DNA of 64,000 nt from NCBI GenBank assembly GCA_028534125.1, contig CM052816.1, positions 26,972,001 through 27,036,000 of the forward strand. The letters run 5' to 3'. The first letter of the stretch is position 1; each line of letters opens with the position of its first letter. Under the pieces are notes generated by a model, which ran no database searches, was not told the DNA's origin, and worked only from the letters and a program-made list of their open reading frames with translations. The position numbers were made by a program, and so were the translations under genes. Shown here in pieces: positions 35,958-50,411 of the stretch. The stretch is from Lama glama (Eukaryota).

Positions 35958-37802
35958 CTTTAATGATTTTTAAAAACATTTTTTTAAGATGATGTATTTA
36001 GAGAATGCCTGGAAGGAACTATATTGATTTAATAATGATTAAAATAATTATAACAGCAACTAAAATTTTTATTGAGTGCTTACTCATGCCTGGTAACTGC
36101 TATATGTTTTACATATCATTTCAGCTTCACAAAAATCCTAGGAAGTAGGTACTACTATCTCCATTGAAAATATTTTTAGTGACATTGAATCATATTTAGA
36201 ACCAGATTTTAATGAAAAAATTTTAACGTGTTAAGTCAGAGGGTAAGGAATATTTACACTTCACACAAGCTGGGTACCTAGAAGTGTAACTCTAAACAAA
36301 TAGCTTCTTGTTTCCTGATCTTGCTTTTCTACTGCTGCTTTTTCACTCCTGCTTAGAACGCCTCTTCTGTTCCTTTCCCTCAGCTGAAATTCTGCCCTCT
36401 CTTCCAGTCATATTCAGATAACACCTCCTCTGTGTTTTCTGTTCTCACTTCATCTTCTTTTGAATGGTCAAATATAATGAAGAGATGAATGTGTTTCAAT
36501 GTGGAATACCAGGCCATCATTCTCATTTTTGCCACACATTAGCTATGGAACTTTGAGTAATTAACACTGTTTCTCTGCTTGAAAAATAGGGCTAATTTGT
36601 TTTTATCTTATGAATTTATGAATTAGTACTTGAGTGCCTTCTGTGCTGGCCTCTGGAAAGCTCAGTGATAACTGGCAGGCCCTCTCTAGGAAATGCACTG
36701 GATCTTATGGCGTGTCTTCCTTCCCTGTGCTACTACTTTGTACCATTTTCCTCTAGACTTACCTGAAAATAAGAACTTAAAAAATTAATTTACAAAAAAT
36801 TTAATTTACATAATTCAACTCTGTGTATACAAATTAGAAAACACAGGCCCTCACCTGCCCCCCACACTCACCCACTGAGGAATAATCACTTCTAATATAT
36901 GCCGTTTCTCATTTGTATATATCTATCATCAACTTCTCTATCAATCTATCAATTTCAAATGGCTTTCTACTATGCATGTTGTTGTATAGCCTGATTTTTT
37001 TTTTTTAGGAATATATTATGAACACTTTATTTCAGTAGTTTTTCTACAAATGAATATTTATCACCTGTGGAATTTTCCATCTTAAAGCTGCACCATGATT
37101 ACTTAAAATCTGAGCAGGTAGAAAGGGATGGAACCCAGCACACAGGGGAAAAATTGACTTTAGGGAGGGGGAGAAACGTCTCTTCCACTTCAACAGGAAG
37201 AAAGGGTGTATGCAGATAAAAGTAGACTGTAAATATATAGTTTATATCATAAACTGTAAATATACAGTCGACGATAAAAAATATATATAAGATTATGTAC
37301 ATATAATCTTCCCTTTTAGACTATAAGGTAAAAAACTGGGGGATGGCGAGGGAGGTCTTTCTCTGGTGACCTGGAGGCAGAAAGTAGTCAGGTCTCCACT
37401 GCCAGGGTTAAGTTCAAAGGGAAAGAAATGGCAGCAGCTTAAATGGAATCTTGTGGACAAACCTAGTCAAGCACCTGGGAATCATCATTTTAAAATAAAA
37501 GAAAGTGTCTTACTCAAACCTGGAAATTTAACTGGATTTAAAATAAGCAGTTATTTAGGATGGTTTTAGTGAGTGAAGCATCTAATGGTATCTAGGAATT
37601 CCCACATTGCTGTATTCATGTATAGTATTTAAAAATAATCACTTAAAAATAGCACTTCGTGCTTTTAACGAATTTGTGTTAAAAGTCTTACTGAGTGGAA
37701 AGGCATGCTATGCATTTTTACTCAGGTAAGCGCTTGTATGAGAAATAACAGGTCTCTGTCCTGCTTCTAACTTCATCCTAGCTGTTTGCTCTAAGTATCC
37801 TG

Positions 37803-38241
37803 TGTTGAAGAGCAAAAGCACAGGCCCACTGGTGCTAAAGCCTGTGATACCAAACCTAGGTTTAATATATAACCCATTGTAGTTTCAACTTCTACCAGAA
37901 AGGTAATCTTCATGGACCATTCTGGAATTTTCTGGTTAGCACCTACGAGATAATCTGCCCCGTGGGCCCGCTTTACCTCCCAAAGGAAGAAGAGGTAACC
38001 TGCATGATAAAAACACATGCCATATTCTTTCCCCCCAAAAGATGTCCTGGCCAAAAATAACCCTTTCTTTTGCTAACAATTTCCTTGCCCCACACACCTT
38101 TTACCTGTAAAAATCCGTTTTGTACAGCTCCTTGGAGCACCCTTCTAGCTGCTAGAGTGGATGCTACCTGATTTATGAACAGCTGAATAAAGTCAATTAG
38201 ATCTTCAAATTACTCAGTTGAAATTTGTTTTTTTTTTAACA
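37803..38241 (+). mobile_element. ERV1 solo LTR (MER34-group-like)
   Basis: TGTT...AACA termini; TTTTGTACAGCTCCTTGGAGC; poly-A signal GAATAAAGTCAATTAGATC; 4-bp flanks CCTG/CCTA. Confidence 0.72.
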
Positions 38242-40216
38242 CCTAACATTTGCAGATTGCTTTGTCCCTCTGCAGTACACAAGGGTGATTGCTTTAGAAT
38301 TTTTCTCTGCTAATAAGGAATGAAAAATTGCATTAGTTGCTACTCAAGTTTTGAAGCCCTGAGCACTTTGGCTGTGTTATTGTTGGCTATCAGCCATGTT
38401 GTCAGGCCCCTTAATTACTTCAGGAGGATTGTTTGGCCTCCTTATGCTCGAGTCTCCAGGGCTCATGTTCATCCTTTACTTTTCCCCTGAGGGGGAACTC
38501 ACCTTGAACCCCTGCTAGCCAGCTTTCTATGTCATTGTTGTCAGCCATTTCCCAGGGTCTGGGACCTGATCTACCTCTTTCACGTGGTGTATTTTCCCTC
38601 TGACTTCCCTGGCTCTTCTGTGACCTTCCAGCATCCCCACTGCAAACCCCTGAAGGTGTACCTCTTATCTAATCCTAGATCAAACCCTTTGCTCCCTACC
38701 CTTCCATTAGCTTCCCGATTACCTCCCTACCATGAGGTCTCACCAACCACTCCCAAACCACTGCAGGACATTTTGGAGGATCATGAGACAGTGCCTAAAT
38801 TGTCTGCAAAAATATCCACTAGGGATATTTTGGACATGAGTCATAAATCTCGAAACTCAAAAGTACCAAGGAGAGCAAAAACATGATACATGTCAGATTG
38901 TTGAAGTTCCATACAATAAACAGCAGCCACTCTGATTAGTTTTTACCAGGGAATCTGTTCAGAAGTACTGAGAACAGTGCAGTGAAACACAGTGAAACAC
39001 AATGTTCTTGAGCTGTATCAGAGATGAAGATGAAAATGTTTACATTTATGTAAAATACAATCTATTCAAGTTAATGTTTATATGACCAAAAAAAAAATTC
39101 CAGCTGAGTGACTGAAGTCAACAACAGTTCTATAGCATACTGTGTTCTAGGTGAATTCTTTCTGTTGATAACATCTGTATTACTTGCTTCTTTGACTTTA
39201 CAATTACTAGCTCTCAGGTATAAACACATGAGATAAGCAGTCACATGATTAAAAGGTCTGAAGGATATAATTCTCTAATGCCATTAGATGTGTTAAATGT
39301 TAAAGTTAAAGAGTAAAAATCAACCAACAGATATTGACCCAAAAGGTCAATGTTTTTATGTTTGTATATGCCAGTCCTTAACTAAATGAGCTTCTTTATT
39401 TCCTTACAAAAAAGTTTTATTTTCAACACGTAGAAATGTAGAAATGTGGAAATTACCATGATTATCACAGTACTGGGAAATCAGTTTAATGAGGCTAGGG
39501 CTTGTTGGGGAGGTTTTCAAAGAAGTAATGATGGGAGTGGGTGGGAGAGAGGAGTCAGCAAAACCCTTAAGGTTGACAGAGAGAGAAATGATGACCATGA
39601 ACTCATATTAGCATTAAAGGATACTAGATAAGCAGGTAACAGCAAGTTAATATGTATTCATCTAGGAGTCACAAGACCCAGGGGTTTACATCCAAGTGAG
39701 AATGAGAATTTTGAAAGAGCCTAAAGGCCAAGTTGCAAAACCAAAGAAGGATCTCAGCCTTTCTGCTGCATTCTCTAGTACCCAGAAAATTTCTAATGTC
39801 ACTACTCGATTAAATTCAATAATCAAGATGTTGAAGTATAATTCTGATAAGATTATTCAATCCAACTTTTATAATGATTATGTTGATGGTATAATTTTGG
39901 AGTTAAAAAAGAAATAAGCTTTTACTTAGTAGCCATTGTCCCACACCATTTCTAGTGAGAAAGAGGAATGGGTAAAAGGAAATGGACAACTTAGCCAACA
40001 ATGTATGTACCGTGTGCTTCTGAGTGGACCTCTTGTGAGGAATGAATACAGAAAGGGTAACAAATTCTTCCTAGATGTTCTCAGGTAAGGGATAATTTCT
40101 ACCTCCCACTCATTATTTACTGCATGCCCTTCACAGATGAAGCTGGGAATTTGACCCTAATTTATGTTTTACTTATTCCTCCAGATTGGGGAGGGAAGGT
40201 TAGAATTGTGCACCCT

Positions 40217-41235
40217 GACTGGGAGAAAATATTTACAAATGATGTGACCATCAAGAGCTTAATTTCTAAAATATACAAACAGCTCATACAACTCAGTAAC
40301 AGAACAAACAAACAAACAAAAAAACCAACCCACTCAAAAAATGGGCAGAAGACCTAAATAGACGTTTCTCCAAAGAAGACATACAGATAGCCAATAAGCA
40401 CATGAAAAATGCTCAATATCGCTAACTATCAGACAAATGCAAATCAAAACTACAATGAGGTATCACCTCACACCAGTCAGAATGGCCATCCTTAAAAAGT
40501 CTACAAATAATAAATGCTGGAGAGGGGCTGGAGAAAATGGGAACCTTCCTACATTGTTGGTGGAATGTAAATTGCTGCAGCCACTATGGAGAACAGTATG
40601 GGGGTTTCTTAAAAAACTAATAATAGAGTTACCACTCCTGAGCATATATCTGGAGGAAGCTCTAATTCAAAAAGATACATGCACCCCAATGTGCATAGCA
40701 GCACTATTTACAATAGCCAAGACATGGAAACAACCTAAATGTCCACTGACAGGTGAATGGATAAAGAAGATGTATATATTTACACAATGGAATACTACTT
40801 GGCCATAAAAAAGAATGAAATAATGCCATTTGCAGCAACATGGATGGACCTAGAGATCATACATAAGTCAGACAGCAAAAGACAAATACCATATGATATC
40901 ACTTGTATATGGAATCTAAAATATGATACAAATGAACTTATTTACAAAACAGAAATAGACTCACAGAGAAAACAAACTTATGGTTACCAAAGGGGAAAGG
41001 GGGTGAGAAAGGGATAAATTGGGAGTTTGATATTAGCAGATACAAACTACTACATATAAAATAAACAAAAAGGTCCTACAGTATAACATGGGGAACTATA
41101 TTCAATATCCTGTAATAAACCTTAATGGAAAACAAATGAAAAATAATATATACATATGTATAACTGAATCGCTTTGCTGTACACCTGAAACTAGCACAAC
41201 ATTGTATATCAACTATACTTCAATTTAAAAAAAAT
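40217..41235 (+). mobile_element. L1 ORF2 C-terminus and 3' UTR (cetartiodactyl type)
   Basis: ORF 40437-40808 [17 protein letters not shown]...[22 protein letters not shown]; 3' UTR ends ATCAACTATACTTCAATTTAAAAAAA. Confidence 0.9.
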
Positions 41236-41470
41236 AGGGAGATTTAGACATTTAAAAAAATCCATATTTTGGGTTTCTATCAAAAAAATCAGATTCTCTG
41301 ACAAAGCTCAGCCTATATTTCTGCATGATAACAATTAACTAGAACTGGATACTGTCTGCTTTCTAGCTTGCCTCAATCCCCTTTAACAATCTCAGATAGT
41401 CCATTCAGCTAGTTTCCCTGCTTTGGATTACCCGCGTTGGCATTGCTGGCATTTAAGCTTGTGTTTCTGG
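41236..41470. mobile_element. MER102-like fragment
   Basis: AGGGAGATTT...AAAAAATCCATATTTTGGGTTTCT...CTGCATGATAACAATT...TGCTGGCATTTAAG. Confidence 0.5.
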
Positions 41471-41524
41471 AGCAGAAACCTCAGGTATGGCTGGAGGTGG
41501 AGGAAAGCTTCTTGTTTTGGCATC

Positions 41525-41930
41525 TGTAGTAGTTTATTAGCACTGCTGTAACGAAGTACCACAAACTGTGTGACTTTACAGAAATTCATGGTCTTAGTTC
41601 TTGAAGATAGAAGTTTCAGACCAAGGTGTTGGCAAGGTTTGTTCTTTCTGAGGGCTGTGAGGGAGAGATCTGTTCCAGGCCTCTCTCCCTGGCTTGCAGA
41701 TGGCCATCTTCATGTTCACATGGCATTTTCTCTGTATGTACACATCTGTGTCCAAATTTCCTCTTTTCATATGGACTTCAGTCATATTGAATTAGTGCCT
41801 ACCTTATGGAGCTCATTTTAACTTGATTACCTCTGCAAAGACCCTATCCCCAAATAAGGTCACATTCTGAGGAAATGGAAGTTAGGACCTCCACATAAGA
41901 AATTGAAGGGCACACAATTCAACTCATAAT
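41525..41930 (-). mobile_element. MaLR LTR (MLT1B-like)
   Basis: CTGCTGTAACGAAGTACCACAAACT...CAAGGTGTTGGCA...GATGGCCATCTTCATGTTCACATGGC...TAACTTGATTACCTCTGCAAAGACCCTAT...CACAATTCAACTCATAA. Confidence 0.85.
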
Positions 41931-43762
41931 AATCTATTGACTCATTTGTTTTCACATACATTTTGTGATTCCATAAAGAGAGGAAAAAAATTCTCAAAAG
42001 AATCTCAAGTAGAAAGCTAATCATCTTACACCACTGTGTTGAAGGAAAAATTGGGCATATTTTACAGGAGAGTTGAGAAGCAATATTGAAATTAATATCC
42101 TTTCTTTGCAAGGAATGTCACGTTTTTGGTTTTCACTGGGCAGCTGACATGGTTCATATGGAGGCCCAGAAGAATCTCTCCATTCCACAGGGAAAGGCTT
42201 TTTTCATATGGGAAGGGGCTCTGCAAAGGATGTTGTGTTCCTTGGCAAAAGAAAGAAGCAAATTAATTACTATAGCTCTGCTCAATCTCACATGAACTTT
42301 TCTTCTTTCCCAGGCAGAAAAGTATGTTTCTTGTCATGTAACTGTCCACCCACATCTCCTATCCCCAAAGCCCTTATTGTGAAGCTATGCACAAATTCAG
42401 TGGACTGTCAAGTCTGTCAGTAACAGGACTCCCCTCCAACCCCCTAGAGCAAGCTATAAAATGTCACCCAAGTGCAGTTGTGGTCAATTTAACTGTTTAC
42501 TGAGGTTAAGTGGAAGAGTTCCTAACTACCACTCGTATTTTTTTCAACTTCTCTTTCACTGACTTCTCTGAGGAGACATGGGGCCCTTTCTGGGTGGTGG
42601 CTTGAATGAAAGAGCTCCTGGCAGCCACCAAGCACAAAGCACTGCATGCCCTTCCTCTTTCGCACCCCTTCACTAATAAAACCCAGTAAAAGGAAGTAGA
42701 ATAACACAAGGTCTCAAAACTGTTGATAATACACTTGGGAGCTCAAAGAACCAAAGCCAAATGGCCTGATTTAGATTCAAAGGCCTAATGAATCATTATT
42801 AGATATGGGAAATAAGTCCCAATTTTTGAGTCTTCATGAAGGCAAGTAGCCAGTTTAACTGTTTTGTTTTGTTTTATCATTAGCCACTGGTTTGATGCAC
42901 TTCACCAAACAGATCAGTTGTCTGAAGACACATAAGTGTAGTCTGCCATAAAAGACTATTTAAAAAGCTTTGAATAAAGTCAAATCAGAGGGTTATAAAA
43001 ATAAACAAACAACCCTGATGAAAATATTAGCAAAATGTCCTGTTTACTTAGAAAGACCAAAATTCAAAATTCTTGATGTTCCTGAGATAATTCAGGAGCA
43101 CTTCGTGCCCGAGCAATCACATGATTCATTTCCTCCCTCATGATAAGAGAATCTGAGGCTGACACCCTCTGTCATTGGCATTGGTTGAAAAAGAGGATCT
43201 GGGAGGTCCTCTCTGGCTGCAGAGGTGCTGAGTAGCTGAATGTGACTGTAGAATCCTGTAACTCCACACAAGTGAGATACTGACTTAGTCGACTTAGGAA
43301 CAATGCCAGGAAATAACCTATCATCTCTTCTCTGGAGAAGCGGTTTCCTTAAAAAGCATGTGACTACCTCCTCCTTTAACCCCTTAAACCCAAGCCACTG
43401 CTGCCTGGTGCCTCCCTACTAGCCTTCTGTCCTTCTGGAAACTCCCTTTCCCTTAATACCCAAATAACATGCCCAAGCCCCCATCCCACTCACTGCAGTC
43501 CAGAGTCCCCCCTAAAGAAGCCTCCTGAAGAGAGGGTCACCCAGGCTAATTCTGCATCCACTCACCCTGCTGTCTGCTCCTACAGAACCTACTGGTTCTT
43601 TACATTACCCTTGGCTGTCCATTGTCCTACATCTGTGCTTCAAATATAAGACTGCCAGACTCCTGCTGAAGGCAGGGAGACAACAGTGAGTAATTACAGC
43701 TCAGGGTATCAGACATTCTTGTCCTAAAATTTCTCACTTGCCTTCAACATATAAAATACCCT

Positions 43763-44463
43763 CTATGGTGCAGCCACTGCAGAAAACAGTATGGAATTTC
43801 TGTTTCTTTAAAAAACTAAAAACAAAGTTACCCTATAATCCAGCAATCCCACTCCTGGGCATATATCCAGAGAAAACTCTAATTCAAAAAGATTCATGCA
43901 CGCTGATGTTCACAGAAGCACTATTCACAATAGCCAAGACATGGATGCAACCTACATGTCCATTGACAGATGGATGGATAAAGAAGATATGGTATATACA
44001 TGTGTACACATACACAAAATGGACTATTACTCAGCCATAAAAAAGAATGAAATAATGCCATATGCAGCAACATGGATGGACCTAGAGATTGTCAAACTAA
44101 GTGAGGTAAGTCAGACAGAGAAAGACAAACCTCATATGATATCACTTATACGTGGAATATAAAAAGATGATGCAAATGATTTATTCACAAAACAGAAACA
44201 GACTCCCAGACATAGAAAACAAACTTACCAAAGGGGAAAGTGGGTGGGGGAGGGATAAATTAGGAGTTTGGGATAAACTCCTAACATAAAATAGATAAAC
44301 AAAAGGTCCTACTGTATAGCACAAGGATCTATATTTAATATCTTATCATAACCAATAATTGAAAAGAATATGAAAAAGAATATATATGTATAACTGAATC
44401 ATTCTGCTATGCACCAGAAAATAACACAACATTGTAAATCAACTTATACTTCATTTAAAAAAA
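43763..44463 (+). mobile_element. L1 3' end (ORF2 C-terminus and 3' UTR)
   Basis: ORF 43738-44040 [14 protein letters not shown]...ALFTIAKTW; 3' UTR similar to 40850-41230. Confidence 0.88.
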
Positions 44464-45089
44464 TACTACAAAATCTCTCCCCGAGCAATTTTTTTCAGCC
44501 TCTGCTGCTTGGGTCCCCTTGTTTCAGGTTACCCTACTCCCCCTTTCAGCTGCCACTAAGGAACTAATACCCAATTCTCTACATACTGTGTCTATGAAAG
44601 TAGGTTTAGCTTGTCACTTATGGTTATGAGAAAAGTTGTTTTGTGTGTCTCTGGTTCTAGCTCTTAAACTCTGACCAAAATCTCTTATTGATAAGCAACT
44701 TCATCTAGCTGAAAAAATATTCCCCCAAACTTGCTCTAAAAGAACAAATCGTAAATTATGTTTACACTATAATTTTTCTTTACTGGAGTATTTTTAGCTC
44801 TGAGAACATTTGGAATTAAAGATGGTAGTGATGAAGTAGATAATTCATATTATTAATATATTTTTTGTTAAGGGATAATCTGTATTTAGATATTTATATT
44901 ATTTTAGATAATTTGGCCTGTTAAAAGGACCCCAAGATTCCAATTTAGACTGAGTAGTTGAGTAACTATTCTACATTTGTAATTTTAAGTTAAAATCTTA
45001 CTAAGTTTATAAGTACAATTAGAACAATTAAAAGAATTTAAAATTTATCTCTAAATTTAACTTATTTGATTTATGAGAATCACTTGGAT

Positions 45090-45273
45090 GTGTGGGGCTT
45101 CTTTATGGGTGATACAAATGTTCTAAGATTAATTGTGATGATGGTTGCATAATTCTGTGAACAAGCTAAAGCCATTGAATTATATACTTTAAATTGGACC
45201 CTTTAATTGTACACTTTAAATGGGTGAATTGTATGGCTTGTGGTTCATATCTCAATAAAGCTGTTAAAAAAAA
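45090..45273 (+). mobile_element. L1MB-like terminal 3' UTR fragment
   Basis: GGGTGATACAAATGTTCTAAG...GATGGTTGCA...TTTAAATGGGTGAATTGTATGG...TCTCAATAAAGCTGTTAAAAAAAA. Confidence 0.75.
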
Positions 45274-45719
45274 GTTGGTTGAGTTGTTGAGGTTTGTGAG
45301 TCCACTGTAACACTGAGAAATAAAGTATAGTACATATAAATTCAACGTCAGAATACATTTTTCTGTTTATGTGTCAGAATATTAAAAAGCATTAGATTAA
45401 CTAAATTATAAAAGCTTCCTTAAAAATGATTGTTAAGTTTTGCTGAATAGAATAGAAGGTAGTCATAAATGACAATTAAAGTTTAAGGCAAGAGTAGGTT
45501 TTTAAAATTTAACCTTAATAAATTGAATAATAATGATGAATAGAATGTCTCATGCATTCTTAGAACTTCCATATGGAATAAAGAGGATGAGATTTATACA
45601 AAGCAGTCATTTCAATATAAATTAGCAGAACTGAGATCACTGTACAATAGAATAAGAAAAATTCCAGCAACACTGGGGTTGAAAATCTAATAATTCTGAA
45701 AGGAGAGTCAACACCTTTA

Positions 45720-45830
45720 ACTGGTACCTCCTATGACTGTTGTGAGGATTAAATAAGATAGTACATGTAAATGACTGAGTTATTGGCACAGAGAAGATGC
45801 TGCACAAATGTTATCTATTATTATTAGCTG
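45720..45830 (+). mobile_element. MIR 3' fragment
   Basis: GTTGTGAGGATTAAATAAGATAGTACATGTAAA...TGGCACAGAG...AAATGTTATCTATTATTA. Confidence 0.65.
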
Positions 45831-47004
45831 GATAGTGACAGAACATCCTAGGTAAAAGCAGAGAGTGGACATCTGATGCTCTTGTTATTTTTGGCCATTT
45901 AGTGTCCATTCTCCCTTCCCAAGTCTTGATTTCCTTTGTGAGAAGTTACTCATTTCCCAACATGCAGTACCCTTGGCAGAACTAGCTAGGTGCTTGTCCT
46001 CATGGGCAGACAAGTAATCCAAGCTAGGCTGACTGGATCCCTAACCTCTCCCTCTGGGGAATTTGATTCCTGAGTGAGGTGGTGCAAGAGGGCAAAATGT
46101 TTTTTCATTCAAGGTAAGGGCAGTGTTAGTCCATAGCCAAGCACTGTGTGGTGAGTCTGGGGCCATACTTGGTCAGCAGGGCCAACAGTCAGACAGCTGG
46201 GCAGGACACAGCACGGCGACAGTGAGGACACTTTGGGACCTGCCGGGCACCTCTGCATATGTCTGTTACTGTATCTGACAACCTCCCAAGAGGTTTTTCT
46301 TTACTCAGCTTTAACTTAGAACAATACCGAGAAGGGGATTCTGAGAAAGAGAGCTCCCAAATAAATCAAGTTGACAACTACACATTCCAGCACAGTTTTT
46401 AAGAAAATAAATGGAAGTGATACACATGAATACATCAGCACAGGGCCTGGCCCATAGTTAATGTTTACTAAAAGCTCATTTATTCATCATTGTGTTTGTA
46501 AATCAAGTGACCTGTGCTAATAGTATGTAGACTTAAAGTCATTGTTTATGACCATTTTAAACATGTGAATAGCTGACACACACTTTGTTATATACAGTGA
46601 CAACATTGCTGGTCCCCTGTATTTCTTCCTATGAACATATTTGGAAATGGTTAATATGGCTAGGATAACTTAATCTGGCTAAATATCAAAAATAATAAAC
46701 ACAAGTTGTGCATGTCTTGTATTTAGATTTATTTTCACCAGCCTTAAAATTGTATCTTTAGTTTAAAAAATAAGGATAATAACCTTTTTCTCATTTTCCT
46801 ATCAAACTTGTGATTTGTATTTGTAGGTCAAGACCTTTTTCTCATGATAGGCATTCTTCATCCTAGTTTTTTTCTTTCGACTTTCTAGCAGAGACCTCAT
46901 TATTTATTAAACTACCCTGATTCACTCCCTGTGCTCTCGCTTGTACTTTTCTTACATAAAAAGTGGCTAATTAGCTCTCTAGTAAGAATCTCGGTGAGTG
47001 GAAT

Positions 47005-47597
47005 TGTATTACAAGGGTTCTAGCAGGAAACAGAAGGCATGCTCAGCTGGGATTTTGAAGAGGAGCCATTTACAGAGGTGAAGACAGGGCTAAGGGAACC
47101 TATAAGAAAAGTTGAAGCACCTTGGGACCAGACACAGTTGAAAACTGTTACTGTCCGTAGGCCTGAAGGGACCAGGGAAGGAAATGGACTGGTAGGTGCT
47201 GGGGCCAAGCAAGAGGGGTTGCCCAACAGGAGCTAAAGGGACAAAGCCTCCTCAAGAAATTTCCACTGAAGCAGGCAGGAGTGGACAGCAGGGTGTAGGT
47301 AATGGCAGTCTACAGAGGGTGGCTTCCTTGGGGACCAGAAGCCTCATACACATGCAATTGCATATGCCTACACTAAATGGGTACTATGCGCGCCCCCTAG
47401 GATAGCAACCGAGAAGCCCCAGAATAGGGAGCAAGACGTACTTGGAACAAGCTGAGGTGAGGTGCTGTTAGGGAACAGGCTAAGAAGGAAGCTGGTGGAA
47501 GTGTCACTGGTGGCTACAGCTGCAGCAGGATTAGGAGGTGGGGCTGAGGGGCTGAGAGGTGGTGCACGGAGATGTCTGATGCAATTCTGTAACCGCA
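47005..47597. mobile_element. Old ERVL-class LTR, family uncertain
   Basis: TGTATT...GGGTTCTAGCAGGAAACAGAAGGCA...ATTTACAGAGGTG...CGTAGGCCTGAAGGG resembles an old LTR terminus. Confidence 0.45.
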
Positions 47598-48984
47598 CTG
47601 AGCATAAGATATGGTTTTTCTTCCCAGCTAGATGACAGTAGATCCTGTGAGTGCAGGAATTGAATCTGCTTTATTTATCAATGTATATACCCCATTTGTC
47701 TTCTCATGATCTCTTGCATTGAGTGAAAACCACAAATAATCTCAAAACAACACTTTTCTCTATTAGAATAGTTTTAATCTTTGCCTCATAAAACCATTAT
47801 TAGTAGAACAGTAGTCAATGAGCAGAAACATAAATTTTGTGCTTCATCTCCAGTTATTTAAGAGTTAACCTCAGCAGCAGAAAGGAAGAAAAAAAAATAA
47901 AGTAGCAATGGATAGGATGTCTCTCCAGCTGGATAATAAGCTGAAAAAATGTTTATCTTTTTTATAATTTTTAGACATACCAGTTTTGTTTCATGTATTA
48001 ATTCAATAAATTTTTATGGAACAGCTTTTCGGTTTTTTTGTTTGTTCTTGTTATTATTATTATTATTATTCTGAAACAGCTTTTAGGTTTGAGGTAATGT
48101 AGCAGCTATTTAGGGGATAAAAAGAACCAGACATGGTTCTTGACTGAGGTGTGTATAGTTTTGGGAGAGAGTTAGCTAGCAGGACCTCATAAATGACCAA
48201 TAAAAGGCAATAAATGAGAGGGGTCCCAGTCTTGCAAACATCCCTGCCTGGGTATTGGACATGCGTGTTCCAGCCCCAGCTACCATCTGACTGCAGCTGC
48301 ATGAGAGATTCCAAACAAGATCAGAAGAACTGCTGATTGAGACCAGTCAAACCAAAGAATCACGTTTAAGCTGGTAAATTTTGGAGTGACTTGTTAGCGA
48401 TAGAAAATGGAAACGTTTCAGGTGCATCAGCAGTTGTCTTCTGGATGAGGGGTCTTTCTGGGTACCCCCTGGTGCTCAGGGCCCTGTACCTGAGCACCTC
48501 CAACTCTGGCCTGGTGGGAAATAACTCCAAGTATTGAAGAATGCTGGTCTCCAGCCACTCACTCGGACAGTTACTCTAGTAGCTAAGGCTTTCCCTGTAT
48601 TTTTGTATTCTTGCTTCTGGACTTAGTGTGATTGAGAACTACATCCACTCTTCTGAGTATTCTTCTTAGGCACATACTTCAGGATGGACATAGTTTGAAT
48701 TTTATACCGTCTGCTCTCTTTTTCACAGGGAATTGTAACTATTCCACTGCTAGCAATTAATCTTATTTTCCAGTTTTCCTAAAGATACATTATTTTCTGT
48801 ATACACAACTGTATTCTTTTCCAAGATATTATCTTGTAGAAGGAGATCATTTCTTGCACTTAATCTGCCTTCTTGATGCAGTTCTTTTATCCATTTTTAT
48901 TTTCCCCTTAGACTTTGTGATCTAATTCACTGATTTTCTGCCATATTCAACTGACTTTTACCTGACTATATTTGTTGACAGAAG

Positions 48985-49230
48985 AGCATCAGTGGTTAGA
49001 AGACCAGACTGAGTTAGACTACTTTGAAGTGAATTCAGCGTGAACCACTTACTAGTGTACATCTTGGCCAAGATATTTAAATCCCTTCAAGCGCATTTTA
49101 CAGCCCAAGTACAAAATTAAGAAAATAGCAATCCCTAACTTATGGAGTTGATGAAAGTGTTAAGTGAGAAAACACAGGCAGATGGCTGAGAGCACTGGAT
49201 GGTACATGGGATGCGCTTGATAAACAGTTG
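48985..49230 (+). mobile_element. MIR SINE
   Basis: AGTGGTTAGAAG...CCACTTACTAG...TCTTGGCCAAG...AAAATAGCAATCCCTAACTTATGGAGTTGATG...TTAAGTGAG. Confidence 0.6.
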
Positions 49231-50150
49231 CTTTTGCAACAGAGACTTTAAAATCAGCATTGATGACTTTAATTTCCCCCTTTTTATTTATCAAGTCAGT
49301 GCATGTTCAAAAATGAAAACCTGGGAAACAGGGAGAAAAAAAACCCTCCCTCTAAATCATACCTATACCTGGAGAAAATTACTGTTAACATTTTGGTGTT
49401 ATTCACATTCATGCGTAACAAAATGTTATGGTTTCCATATTGCTTTGCAGCCCACTTTTTCGTTTCGTGTTCTATTGTGGATATTATTACAAATAAATAA
49501 ATCTTATTCCACCCAATTATGTTTAATGGCTACACACTATTCTAAATAAAAGACAGCAAAATCATTTTTGATGATTACCTATATAGACACAATAATTCTC
49601 TCCTAACTAGGTGTCCAATTTTGGACATTTAGGCTATCGCCAATTTTCCCATTTTATACACTATTCTGTACCAGCAGTTCACTTAATATATGCATTTGCA
49701 CCCATGTTTGAAGCACCTATTTTTTCAAGACCAATTTTGAGAACTGGGTTGTTCTGTCAGAGTATCAAAACTACTGTTAATTGTTTTAAAATGGTTACCT
49801 ATCGTTAAAATGCCTCTCACATGCTGTGTATCTCACTAGTAACGGAATGCAAGCTCACAAGGACTATATTGGTCTATATTGTTCACGATAGTATCCTAGG
49901 TGGTAGAACAGCATGAAAGAAGAAAATTGCTTTCAGGGAAGGAGACAAAAAAACCAGTTTGTGAATATATACTAGTGTAACCCAAGATCAGTAAGGTGAT
50001 TTTGAAGCCCTGTGCTAACAATACAGAAATTTATTGAGAAAAAAAGGAACAAGTTTGTTTGTTTGTTTGTTTAAAGGAGGCTACAACATCTCAACTATTT
50101 CAGAAAAGGACTCCTTACAAAATGAGGATTTTTATGAAGGTGGAGGAGAG

Positions 50151-50276
50151 TGGGGAGGATATAGCTTAATTGCTAGAGCACATGCTTAGCATGAGCAAGG
50201 TCCGGGGTTCAATCTCCAGTACCTCCTCTAAAAATAAACAAATAAACCTAATTACCCGCCACCCAAAAAAAAAAAA
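50151..50276 (+). mobile_element. Vic-1-type tRNA SINE
   Basis: GGGGAGGATATAGCTTAA...GCTTAGCATG...GGGTTCAATCTCCAGTACCTCC...AAACCTAATTACC followed by poly-A. Confidence 0.9.
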
Positions 50277-50411
50277 TGATGAAGGAGAGGGAATGGCTAT
50301 TTACTTGTGTAGCAGTCAACAATGTCTACTACACAAGTAAAAATGTAGCTTTCCTAAATCTTAAACTATAATGAACATGTAATTTACAATTAAGTTTGTT
50401 GAAATCTTTCT

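Noticed and set aside
38584..39917. ORFs of 100 aa and 73 aa as exons or a processed pseudogene
   Set aside because: No recognisable protein similarity, no convincing splice-site pairing, and no poly-A or TSD.
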